A stretch of 64,000 nt of DNA from Candidatus Microgenomatus sp. (GTDB taxonomy: Bacteria > Patescibacteriota > Microgenomatia > UBA8517). The notes below the pieces were generated by a model, which was given only the letters and a program-made list of their open reading frames with translations, was not told the DNA's origin and made no database searches. Both the position numbers and the translations under genes were made by a program. Within the stretch, counting starts at the first letter, position 1, and every line of letters begins with the position of its first letter. The stretch lies in the NCBI GenBank assembly GCA_020724585.1, contig DYGS01000001.1, positions 559,027-623,026 on the forward strand. Reading direction: 5' to 3'. Of this stretch, positions 45,761 through 54,108 are shown one piece after another.

Positions 45761-46885
45761 TCATTTTAATTTCCAATATGTAGTTGAATTTGTAATCACT
45801 TTTTGTCCCTCTCCATTTATATATGAATTGTGAACCGATTCGATAGGATCACTATTACCATCAACATGCGGAATAAATCCAAATTCACCACCTGAAACTG
45901 TCATAATAAATTCATCTCTTTTGAATAAATCCTGTGTCATGTAATGAAGCCCCTGAAAGTGAAGTGGAACACTGTCAGTTATATCGTCCTGTTCATAATA
46001 CTCTGAAAAAGCAAAAACCACATCTTTTCCTCTAAATACATTAGACAGGGCTCTGAGCGTATCAATTGCAAGATGTCTTTCTTCATGCAGGATATAACCA
46101 ATATGGACAATCAATCTACCATCTCCCACCCTCTTGGCAATTTCTTCCAAACCTTTTTCATCTTTCATGTCCAAAACACTAATTTCATATCTTTCCTCTT
46201 CAATTCCAGCATTTTGCAAATTCTCTCCCGCTGTCTCAAAAACCGCAGGATTTATATCAGTAACTAATGCTCGCACATCCGGATATGCTAATAAAAATTT
46301 TTTTGAAAAATTTCCTGATCCCGATCCTAATTCTAGAAGAATTTGTCTGTCAGGAAATTTATCACGCAAATCTCTAACAATACTATTAGATGCAGGTGAC
46401 ATCAAGGCGTCTGATGCTAGATGGTTTATGACAGGATTTCTGTATACATTCCCACCAAATCCATACGAGATTTCCCCCCTCACTATTTTGGCAAAGTTTT
46501 CAAGTAAACTCTTTTCATAACCGGAAATCAAGAGGGCAAAGGAAGCGCTATGTAATAATGGGGCCTCATATTGGCCACCAAACTCTCTCAAAAACCTCTT
46601 TTTATCCCAACCAGCAACTATTGCATAAAGTTGAAGATTTGCAAGCTCATGAGTTAGTTTTTTAAAATGTATCAGCTCTTGCGGTGAAGGTATTACCCCT
46701 CCATTTACCATCTTGAACTGTTCCAAAAATTTTAAAGCGCCAGTATAAACCTTTCCTTCTTTATCAAATTCTTGATCTTTAAGCTCATCAAGTCCAGAAA
46801 GTAAATAGTGGGCAATAGCTCCAGACAAAACTAGCTGAGGACTTAATTTTTCTCTCATTTCTGCTCTTTTGGCTATTTCTTGCAT
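45761..46885 (-). CDS. class I SAM-dependent (O-)methyltransferase with N-terminal dimerisation-like domain
   Basis: Motif I LELGSGSGNF; acidic motif II VLDMKDE; COMT-like architecture. Confidence 0.65.
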   Translation of the reverse strand: MQEIAKRAEMREKLSPQLVLSGAIAHYLLSGLDELKDQEFDKEGKVYTGALKFLEQFKMVNGGVIPSPQELIHFKKLTHELANLQLYAIVAGWDKKRFLREFGGQYEAPLLHSASFALLISGYEKSLLENFAKIVRGEISYGFGGNVYRNPVINHLASDALMSPASNSIVRDLRDKFPDRQILLELGSGSGNFSKKFLLAYPDVRALVTDINPAVFETAGENLQNAGIEEERYEISVLDMKDEKGLEEIAKRVGDGRLIVHIGYILHEERHLAIDTLRALSNVFRGKDVVFAFSEYYEQDDITDSVPLHFQGLHYMTQDLFKRDEFIMTVSGGEFGFIPHVDGNSDPIESVHNSYINGEGQKVITNSTTYWKLK

Positions 46886-47021
46886 ATAGATTTTTAAAAA
46901 TTTTTCAATTCTAGCACAATTTAAAAAAATTTGTTATAATTCCCCAAATCCTATAGTAAACACAAGTGTGCTATTTGTGTGATAGAATAATTCTCTGACT
47001 TGGTGCATAAAATTTAACAAT

Positions 47022-47339
47022 ATGACGGAACAAATGGGACCATTACATTTTCCCAGAAGCGGCTTTGTCTCCCCACCTGATGGAACATTGATTTGGGAAA
47101 CACTTTCAAATGGAACTTTTTATACAATAACTTTTCGAATTAATGAAAAAGAACTTACACACTTAGATGCTGGAAAGGTGCCTTCTGTAAATAACATTGC
47201 CGAATTACTACAAAGTACACTTAAAGATGAAATTACCAGTAATATTGGTGGAAGAACTCCTAATTTCATCAGTGATGTTTTACGAATGATAAGAACACTC
47301 CCATCTGACAGTCCGTCACACTTTAGTGAATATAACTAA
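47022..47339 (+). CDS. hypothetical protein
   Basis: 105-aa ORF, no motif. Confidence 0.3.
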   Translation: MTEQMGPLHFPRSGFVSPPDGTLIWETLSNGTFYTITFRINEKELTHLDAGKVPSVNNIAELLQSTLKDEITSNIGGRTPNFISDVLRMIRTLPSDSPSHFSEYN

Positions 47340-47353
47340 AAATGGAGCCATCC

Positions 47354-48355
47354 CTATTTCAACCTTGCAATGTTGGCATTAACCATCATTTTAACCAACT
47401 CTTTAAATGTCGTTTTAGAAGTCCAATTCAAAACTTTTTTTGCCTTCTGAGGGTTTCCAACTAATGGCCCTGTTTCAGTTGGTCTTATAAATCTTTTATC
47501 AACCACCACATATTTCTCCCAATCCAAACCAACCGTCGAAAATGCTTCTTCACAAAGTTCTTTAATAGTATGCGTCTCACCTGTTGCTATTACAAAATCA
47601 TCCGGAGTATCTATTTGCAACATTTTCCACATAGCTTCAACAAAATCGCCGGCATACCCCCAATCTCTTTTGGCTTCCAGGTTGCCAAGTGCTACTTTCC
47701 CATTTTTTACAATCGGCTCTCCCTCTTCATTTAAATAATCTGAAGTTTTTATTCCCAATTTTGCACAAGCCGCCGCATATGTTACTTTTTGGGTTACAAA
47801 ACCTAAGTGACGGCGGGGTGATTCATGATTAAAAAGAATTCCGCAGGCTGCGAAAAAATTATAACTTTTTCTATAGATTTTAGCGATTGTATGTGCATAA
47901 AGTTTGGCAGAAGCATATGGGTTGGCAGGATTAAAGGGAGTATCTTCGTCTTGCGGGACTTTTTTAATCCAGCCAAACATTTCAGACGAACTTGCCTGAT
48001 AAAACTTTGCCTTAGGATTGACATCCAAAGTAGCATCCAAAACTCTATGCGCCCCTAAACCTGTAATTTCTGCAGTATGTATAGGTTGTTTAAAACTTTC
48101 CGAAGGATGGCTTTGCGAAGCTAAATTATAAACCTCATCGGGGTTAACTTTTTGAATAATTTCCCGCAGGGCCACTGGGTCTAATAAATCCCCTTGATAT
48201 AATTTTAAATTATCTTGGATATGGCCGATGTTGGCATATGCCTCATGGGAGGTTTTCCTGACAATACCGGATACCTCATACCCCTTTTTAAGCAAGAATT
48301 CTGCCAAATAACTTCCATCCTGCCCTGTTATACCTGTAATTAATGCTTTTTTCAT
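47354..48355 (-). CDS. gmd: GDP-mannose 4,6-dehydratase
   Basis: ALITGITGQDGSYLAEFLL Rossmann start, catalytic YxxxK (YASAKLY), full-length SDR-extended pattern. Confidence 0.9.
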   Translation of the reverse strand: MKKALITGITGQDGSYLAEFLLKKGYEVSGIVRKTSHEAYANIGHIQDNLKLYQGDLLDPVALREIIQKVNPDEVYNLASQSHPSESFKQPIHTAEITGLGAHRVLDATLDVNPKAKFYQASSSEMFGWIKKVPQDEDTPFNPANPYASAKLYAHTIAKIYRKSYNFFAACGILFNHESPRRHLGFVTQKVTYAAACAKLGIKTSDYLNEEGEPIVKNGKVALGNLEAKRDWGYAGDFVEAMWKMLQIDTPDDFVIATGETHTIKELCEEAFSTVGLDWEKYVVVDKRFIRPTETGPLVGNPQKAKKVLNWTSKTTFKELVKMMVNANIARLK

Positions 48356-48402
48356 CCAGTTGACATGATATTAACATAGTTTCATACTAATGTTAAAGTG
48401 CG

Positions 48403-49035
48403 ATGATTAAAAATTCCATTCCAATAGCAATCAAGGCTAAAGTTGCCTTGGGTCTATTTTTGGCGATCACAATTGCCCTTCCACTTTTCGTATGGACTGC
48501 AATAAATGTGAACTTCAATGTCAACAAAAGAGCGCAGGGTGAGCCAAACTTCTGCGGCGGAACATGTGGTAGCAATTTTAATTGTCAACCCAATTTTTTT
48601 TGTTATATAGAAAATGGACAAACATCGGGTTATTGTAGAAATCCCATTTGTGCCCAAGATACTGACTGTATATGTAATACCCCAACAGCAACCGCTTTAT
48701 CAACTGCGGTATCTACTAAAACGGCGGCAGCAAAAACAGCGTCTCCATCCATATCGCCAACTTTAGAACCAAAAGGTGGTAGTCTAAACACAACGAGCCC
48801 TACTAAGCCTACATCATCTCCTGATTTTAATGTCATTAAAGACAATTTAAGCGATGATCTTGATAGAGACGATGGAGAAAATGGAGTTGAAAATAAGTGG
48901 CTTTCAAATTTTGCCAAGTATACAATCTTTTTTGCAATTGCTCTTGGTTTAATAATTGCAATTGTCATAATTTCAAAAGTTGTGAGATCCAAAAAAGACA
49001 ATATTCCACACATTGTCCCCCCGCAAAATATTTGA
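48403..49035 (+). CDS. secreted/membrane-tethered Cys-rich protein with Thr/Ser/Pro-rich linker and C-terminal TM anchor
   Basis: Signal/TM at N-terminus; 10 Cys in CGGTCGSNFNCQPNFFCYIENGQTSGYCRNPICAQDTDCIC; TSPTKPTSSP linker; C-terminal TM IFFAIALGLIIAIVIIS. Confidence 0.5.
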   Translation: MIKNSIPIAIKAKVALGLFLAITIALPLFVWTAINVNFNVNKRAQGEPNFCGGTCGSNFNCQPNFFCYIENGQTSGYCRNPICAQDTDCICNTPTATALSTAVSTKTAAAKTASPSISPTLEPKGGSLNTTSPTKPTSSPDFNVIKDNLSDDLDRDDGENGVENKWLSNFAKYTIFFAIALGLIIAIVIISKVVRSKKDNIPHIVPPQNI

Positions 49036-49095
49036 TATAATCAGACTATTGTGAGAGGAGGCGATTTTTAAATTAAATGTCAAAGAAAATAAATT

Positions 49096-49308
49096 TTGGC
49101 ATATTCAAAAGCTATGTTTATAGTCACCAAGAAAAAGGGAGAATCAGAGGATGCACTTTTGGCCCGCTTTCGAAAGAAAGTGGTATTATCGGGTCTTCTT
49201 CCCGAACTTCGGGAAAGGGAAAGATTTAAAAAACCATCCCAAAAACGAAAAGAGAAAAAATACAGAATTGAATTTCAGAAATATCTTGAAAAGAAAAGAA
49301 ATTATTAA
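49096..49308 (+). CDS. rpsU: 30S ribosomal protein S21
   Basis: ESEDALLARFRKKVVLSGLLPELRERERFKKPSQKRKEKK vs S21 [40 protein letters not shown]. Confidence 0.65.
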   Translation: MAYSKAMFIVTKKKGESEDALLARFRKKVVLSGLLPELRERERFKKPSQKRKEKKYRIEFQKYLEKKRNY

Positions 49309-49493
49309 TGAATAAGATTGTTGGTTTTTTAAAAGAAGTCAAATTAGAGCTTGAAAAAGTCTCTTGGCCAAAACGCGAAGAAGTGATAAACTACCTTGTT
49401 TTGGTCGTAATTATAAGCGTCATCGTCTCGGGATTTGTAGGTTTGGTAGATTTCAGTCTAACCAAATCACTTGAAAAATTGCTTATTAAATAA
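49308..49493 (+). CDS. secE: preprotein translocase subunit SecE
   Basis: 61 aa, ELEKVSWPKREEV then single TM; position directly upstream of nusG. Confidence 0.75.
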   Translation: MNKIVGFLKEVKLELEKVSWPKREEVINYLVLVVIISVIVSGFVGLVDFSLTKSLEKLLIK

Positions 49494-50104
49494 TGAATAA
49501 TACCGATATCCAAATTTCAGAAAAAGGAACGGGGAACAAAAAAATCCCCGGACATATGGTTTTATCTAAAACCGATGATCCAAGAGCCAAATGGTATGTA
49601 GTCCATACAGCCTCAGGTCATGAAGTAAGGGTTATGGAGACTCTCCGCCAAAGAGTTGAAACAATGAATTTGGGTAATTATGTTTTTGAAATGCTCGTCC
49701 CGACTCAGGATAAGATTGTAATAAGAAGCGGCAAGAAAGCTCAAGTTAAAGAGAAAATTTTCCCTGGTTATTTGATGGTCAAAATGATTTTGGATGATTC
49801 TACATGGTTATCTGTCAGGACAACTCCGGGAATTACTGGTTTTGTAGGCACTGGAAATAAACCAACTCCGCTTTCAGAAACAGAAGTTGTCAATATCCAA
49901 AAATTTATAAGCTCCCCTGCTCCAAGATTTAAAACTAAGTTTTCCGTTGGAGAAGCAGTCAAAATTACAGACGGGCCATTCAGTGATTTTTTGGGATCAA
50001 TCCATGAATTGGATGAAGAGAAAGGGAAAGTAAAAGTCTTGGTTTCAATCTTTGGGAGAGAAACTCCAGTTGAATTGGACTTTTTGCAAATCCAAAAAAT
50101 TTAA
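49493..50104 (+). CDS. nusG: transcription termination/antitermination factor NusG
   Basis: NGN domain KWYVVHTASGHE; KOW motif GEAVKITDGPFSDFLGSI. Confidence 0.9.
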   Translation: MNNTDIQISEKGTGNKKIPGHMVLSKTDDPRAKWYVVHTASGHEVRVMETLRQRVETMNLGNYVFEMLVPTQDKIVIRSGKKAQVKEKIFPGYLMVKMILDDSTWLSVRTTPGITGFVGTGNKPTPLSETEVVNIQKFISSPAPRFKTKFSVGEAVKITDGPFSDFLGSIHELDEEKGKVKVLVSIFGRETPVELDFLQIQKI

Positions 50105-50118
50105 GATAACAATTTTAA

Positions 50119-50322
50119 TCAATCACCTTTATTTTCTTTCTCTGAGTTGGATAACAAGCTATTAATTACTTTTTCTTCACCATCAACAGTTAAAGAAAAG
50201 CCCTCATTTGTATGTCCCAATTGAACCCTTTTTCCTTCCGAATCTGTTTCTTCTCTTACTACCATTATCACTTTTTTTACCGGCTTTTCATTATCTTCTG
50301 CCATATTGAATAGATTATACAA
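50119..50322 (-). CDS. hypothetical small acidic protein
   Basis: 67-aa ORF, opposite strand within the r-protein cluster; uncertain. Confidence 0.25.
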   Translation of the reverse strand: MYNLFNMAEDNEKPVKKVIMVVREETDSEGKRVQLGHTNEGFSLTVDGEEKVINSLLSNSEKENKGD

Positions 50323-50434
50323 TAATGCTACAATAATGCTACCTCGAAGTTCTGTTTGAGGGAGACTAAACAGGTCGAAACTTCTAATTTGTTTCTTCTT
50401 GTTTGTCTTCTAAGTACTATGTACTAAAATATAT

Positions 50435-50857
50435 ATGGCAAAAAAAGTAAAAACAATCGTAAAAATTAATTTGAAAGGCGGAGAAGCAACTCCCGCGCCT
50501 CCTGTTGGAACCGCTCTTGGACAGCACGGCATTGCCCTGATGGATTTTGTTAAAGCCTACAACGATAAAACAAAGGACATGAGGGGGGAAGTTGTCCCTG
50601 CAGTTATTACAATTTATGAAGACAGAAGCTTTGATTTTATAATTAAAAAGGCTCCAGTTGCCGACATGATTAAGAAAAAATTAGGACTTGAGAAAGGATC
50701 AGGCACAGCGGGACGCGGTGTTCATGCAGTTTTGACGAAAACGCTGGCTAATGAAATTGCCAAAGATAAAATGGATGATTTTAATACTAAAGATTTAGAT
50801 GCGGCAGTAAAAATTGTTGAAGGCACAGCAAGATCAATGGGTATAAAGATAGAATAA
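50435..50857 (+). CDS. rplK: 50S ribosomal protein L11
   Basis: PAPPVGTALGQHGI, full-length L11 pattern. Confidence 0.9.
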   Translation: MAKKVKTIVKINLKGGEATPAPPVGTALGQHGIALMDFVKAYNDKTKDMRGEVVPAVITIYEDRSFDFIIKKAPVADMIKKKLGLEKGSGTAGRGVHAVLTKTLANEIAKDKMDDFNTKDLDAAVKIVEGTARSMGIKIE

Positions 50858-50913
50858 AGCTATATGCTCTAAGCTATGTGGCAAACAACATAAAACATAA
50901 AGCAAACTAAAAC

Positions 50914-51645
50914 ATGGGAAAAATTAGAACAAAAATAATAGAAGGTTTGGGTGAGGAAGATAAAAAGTCTTCGGCGGAAGAATATGCCCAAAAAAAGGCT
51001 AAAAAATTAAGCAATTTAGAAAAAACTGCCGAGGAGAAAACTGATAAACCCAAAACTGTAAAACAAAGAGGCAAAAAATATTTGTCCTCGAAAGCAAAAG
51101 TAAATTCAGGAAATTTATACAAACTAGAAGAAGCTGTTTCATTGATTAAAGAATTTAGTAGTGCCAAATTTGATGAAACTATGGAACTACATCTTGTAGT
51201 TAGAAAGAGCGGTTATTCAGTAAATGTTACACTTCCCCATCAATTTGGCAAGCAAAAGAAAGTAGAAATAGCAAATAATGAAACTTTAAAAAAACTTGAA
51301 ATGGGCAAAATTGATTTTGATGTGCTTTTGGCAACACCTGAAATGATGCCAAAATTAGCTCCCCATGCAAGATTTTTAGGTCCCAAAGGCCTAATGCCAA
51401 ATCCTAAAAATGGAACAATTATAAAAACAGAAAAAGATGCCGCCAAATTTAACAGCAATAGCTTAAATCTAAAAACTGAGAAAGGCGCACCTTTAATTCA
51501 CACAAGTTTTGGTAAACTATCACAGGATACAAAAGAACTTGTAACAAATGCTACAGCCATAATTGATGCAATTGGTGGATCAAAACAAATAATAAAAGCC
51601 TTCATGAAGTCAACCATGTCCCCAAGTATTAAAGTCCAAATTTAA
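50914..51645 (+). CDS. rplA: 50S ribosomal protein L1 (with ~45-aa Lys/Glu-rich N-terminal extension, or a later non-ATG start)
   Basis: KYLSSKAKVNSGNLYKLEEAVSLIKE..FDETMELHLVV matches the L1 N-terminal region; conserved core throughout. Confidence 0.85.
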   Translation: MGKIRTKIIEGLGEEDKKSSAEEYAQKKAKKLSNLEKTAEEKTDKPKTVKQRGKKYLSSKAKVNSGNLYKLEEAVSLIKEFSSAKFDETMELHLVVRKSGYSVNVTLPHQFGKQKKVEIANNETLKKLEMGKIDFDVLLATPEMMPKLAPHARFLGPKGLMPNPKNGTIIKTEKDAAKFNSNSLNLKTEKGAPLIHTSFGKLSQDTKELVTNATAIIDAIGGSKQIIKAFMKSTMSPSIKVQI

Positions 51646-51651
51646 AATTAT

Positions 51652-51903
51652 CTAACCATTTTTAGTAACCATTTGTCCAGGTCTTTCGTGGTTATTTTTT
51701 CCACCTTTTAAATGAGTATTGTTATGTCTTTTTAAAACGTCCATCAATTTTCTAGAAGGTTTTCCAGAAATAACTTTATATATCTCATCATTATCTTTAT
51801 CACTAATTGGTTTAAGACGAATTATAGTAACAGGCCTTCCGTCCTCTCTAGACACATCAGTACCCTCGATACTAACTAGGTGACTTTTGAATTCAGGTAT
51901 CAT
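51652..51903 (-). CDS. hypothetical protein
   Basis: 83-aa ORF in the rplA-rplJ spacer, opposite strand. Confidence 0.25.
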   Translation of the reverse strand: MIPEFKSHLVSIEGTDVSREDGRPVTIIRLKPISDKDNDEIYKVISGKPSRKLMDVLKRHNNTHLKGGKNNHERPGQMVTKNG

Positions 51904-52019
51904 AATCGATATTATTCATCACTTCGAAGCAATTATCTTGAGTTTTTCTTGAAGACTATTTAAATATATTACCTTTAAAACAAACTCTAAAAACTTGTTT
52001 TGATAACTATCAAGTATTG

Positions 52020-52226
52020 TTAATTTCCCCATATTAAAAACTTCAAATAATTTCGGGATTCTGGATCAATTCTAGGACTTAAGTCAGACCAATACTTAAT
52101 TACTTCTTTTTTATTTAACTTTTCACCATCAAGACCATAATTTATTAGTTGAGTAATTCTCCAAAGTTTATACTTCTTAGGGTTTGATTTCTTCATCTTT
52201 TTTTCATCAACTGTCCAGTTAATCAT
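52020..52226 (-). CDS. hypothetical protein
   Basis: 68-aa ORF, Trp-containing, opposite strand. Confidence 0.25.
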   Translation of the reverse strand: MINWTVDEKKMKKSNPKKYKLWRITQLINYGLDGEKLNKKEVIKYWSDLSPRIDPESRNYLKFLIWGN

Positions 52227-52305
52227 ATTCTATTATACCATGAAGTCTAGTCCCCAGGCACAAAGATTGGGCCTTGATTTTTAGGCGTAATAGACTTACA
52301 TTGTA

Positions 52306-52536
52306 TTGTATCGTATGAGTGATATTCCACCAAATCCAGACTTAACATCCAAAGAGAAAATATTTTGGAAAAAAGCAAGGCAAAAGATACAATTTTTTGA
52401 TAAAAACCGCACACAACCGTTGCGTACTGTTAGAACTACTTCTGGCCCTTACGGAATACTTGATGACCTAAGGAGAGAAGAAAAAACAACTCCGGTTGTT
52501 CCGCCTCCACCAACTGACAACCAAAACAACGCTTGA
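52306..52536 (+). CDS. hypothetical Pro-rich protein
   Basis: 76-aa ORF in the rplJ leader region; may be spurious. Confidence 0.2.
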   Translation: MYRMSDIPPNPDLTSKEKIFWKKARQKIQFFDKNRTQPLRTVRTTSGPYGILDDLRREEKTTPVVPPPPTDNQNNA

Positions 52537-52585
52537 TATATAAATCAAGACAGGTTAAAATAACATGTCCGTAGAAATTGTGTAT

Positions 52586-52617
52586 ACGCGTAAGCAGAGC
52601 TTGGCACCGCTTCGCGT
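52586..52617 (+). promoter_or_regulatory. palindromic leader element upstream of rplJ (ACGCG-TAAGCAGAGCTTGGCACCGCTT-CGCGT); candidate L10(L12)4 autoregulatory site
   Basis: Lies 20 nt upstream of the rplJ start. Shares the 16-mer GTAAGCAGAGCTTGGC with the tandem hairpins at 40028-40109. Confidence 0.3.
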
Positions 52618-52637
52618 TGTAAATCACACCGAGGAAT

Positions 52638-53171
52638 ATGAATACTGTATCAGACAAAAAACAAAAGAAAATTGAGTTGGTTGAAAAACTTTCTCCAACC
52701 TTAAAAAAAGCAACAGGAGTTGTATTGGTTAATTATACAGGTTTATCCGTAGCTCTCCAGCAAGACTTAAAAGCAAAACTCAAAGAAGTTAATAGCGATA
52801 TTGTTGTTGTTAAAAATACATTGATTAAAAGAGCGATGGATTCAGCAAACCTTAAAAATGAAGCCATTAATGAAGATGTACTTTCAGGACAAACTGCACT
52901 TGTTGTCTCAAATGGTGACAGTATTAGTGCAATTCAAGTATTAGGAAAATTTGCAAAAGATAATAATATTCCACAATTTAAAGTAGGCTTTGTTGATGGT
53001 AATTTTTATCAAAAAGAAGGATTAACCAAAATATCAACATTACCAAGTAAAGAAACATTATATGCTCAAGTTGTAGGTAGTCTCATGTCCCCTATGTATG
53101 GATTAGTCGGAACTCTAAATGGAAATTTACAAAAGTTGGTATATATTTTGGATCAAAAATCCAAATCATAA
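52638..53171 (+). CDS. rplJ: 50S ribosomal protein L10
   Basis: SD GAGGAA upstream; L10 pattern KKQKKIELVEKL...GVVLVNYTGLSVA. Confidence 0.9.
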   Translation: MNTVSDKKQKKIELVEKLSPTLKKATGVVLVNYTGLSVALQQDLKAKLKEVNSDIVVVKNTLIKRAMDSANLKNEAINEDVLSGQTALVVSNGDSISAIQVLGKFAKDNNIPQFKVGFVDGNFYQKEGLTKISTLPSKETLYAQVVGSLMSPMYGLVGTLNGNLQKLVYILDQKSKS

Positions 53172-53193
53172 TTTGAAATGGGGTGATTAATTT

Positions 53194-53583
53194 ATGACAG
53201 ACAAAGTTGAAAAATTAGTAGAAGAAATATCAAAACTTACAGTTCTAGATCTATCTGAACTTGTTAGCGAACTTCAAGAAAAACTTGGAGTATCTGCAAT
53301 GCCCGTAGCCGCAGCCCCGTCGACAGGCTCAGGGCAAGCAGCAGCTGAAGCACCAGCAGCAGAAGGAGAAGGGGGTGGAACCGTAGTAATGACAGCATCA
53401 GGCGACAATAAAATTGCAGTTATTAAAGCCTTAAGAGAAATTAATCAAAGCTTGGGGCTACAAGAAGCAAAAGCAGCGACTGAAAACTTACCATTTACAG
53501 TAATTGAAAACGGTAAATCAGAAGATGCTAAAGCCGCAGCAGATAAACTGAAAGCAGCTGGCGCTACGGTCGAATTAAAATAA
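53194..53583 (+). CDS. rplL: 50S ribosomal protein L7/L12
   Basis: N-terminal dimerisation helix, Ala/Pro hinge, C-terminal domain IAVIKALREI...EAKAATENLP. Confidence 0.9.
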   Translation: MTDKVEKLVEEISKLTVLDLSELVSELQEKLGVSAMPVAAAPSTGSGQAAAEAPAAEGEGGGTVVMTASGDNKIAVIKALREINQSLGLQEAKAATENLPFTVIENGKSEDAKAAADKLKAAGATVELK

Positions 53584-53603
53584 CTGAATAGACATTATGA
53601 GAA

Positions 53604-53632
53604 ATCACAGGGTTGCACCCTGTGATTTTTTG
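53604..53632 (+). terminator. rho-independent terminator after rplL (ATCACAGGG-ttgca-CCCTGTGAT + TTTTT); also overlaps the stop of the convergent GNAT gene
   Basis: Perfect 9-bp stem, 5-nt loop, T5 tail. Confidence 0.7.
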
Positions 53633-54108
53633 TGGAGTTCCATTAAATAGGCATTGTAGTAATTTTCCCCTACCTTAAATTCTTTTTTCATCTCGCCTAC
53701 AATTTCAAAGCCACAAGATTTATATAGATTAATTGCATTTGTTTGACTTGTGTTTACAATTAATTTTAATTTAACAACTTTTGGATTTGAAAAGGCTTCT
53801 TCAATCCTTTTTTCAAACAACATTCTGCCCAACCCCTGACCTCTGTACTCTTTTTTAACATATATTCCGCTTAAACGGGCAATATGAGAAAATTTTTTTG
53901 CCTTAGCATATTTGATAGAGCCAATTCCAACAAGTTCACCACCCATATATGCTCCATACCAAACTTGATATCTTTTGTTCAATTTTTCTTTTTTTAATTC
54001 ATTTAATGAGGTTCCAAAAGCCTGAGGTTCATTTTGCAGTGCCTCTAATCTAATCTTTTTAAATTCGTCTAAATTGTTAAGATTTAGTTTTTGTAAATTT
54101 TTCTGCAT
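53605..54108 (-). CDS. GNAT-family N-acetyltransferase
   Basis: Acetyl-CoA binding motif A RGQGLGRMLFEKRIEEA; 167 aa; 32-nt overlap with the upstream ATP-grasp gene. Confidence 0.75.
   Translation of the reverse strand: MQKNLQKLNLNNLDEFKKIRLEALQNEPQAFGTSLNELKKEKLNKRYQVWYGAYMGGELVGIGSIKYAKAKKFSHIARLSGIYVKKEYRGQGLGRMLFEKRIEEAFSNPKVVKLKLIVNTSQTNAINLYKSCGFEIVGEMKKEFKVGENYYNAYLMELHKKSQGATL

Larger units (their letters stand above)
40183..49095. mobile_element. ~9-kb inserted island between tRNA-Trp and rpsU/secE, carrying a large serine recombinase at its tRNA-proximal end
   Basis: It interrupts the widely conserved rpmG - tRNA-Trp - secE - nusG - rplKAJL arrangement. Cargo includes XRE/ImmA, GIY-YIG, MFS, methyltransferase and gmd. 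GC-rich repeats lie at 41848-41935 and 45648-45729. Confidence 0.45.

Noticed and set aside
48393-49013. Minus-strand ORFs (60, 67, 127 aa) antisense to the Cys-rich surface protein gene
   Set aside because: Antisense shadows of the plus-strand gene with no independent signals.
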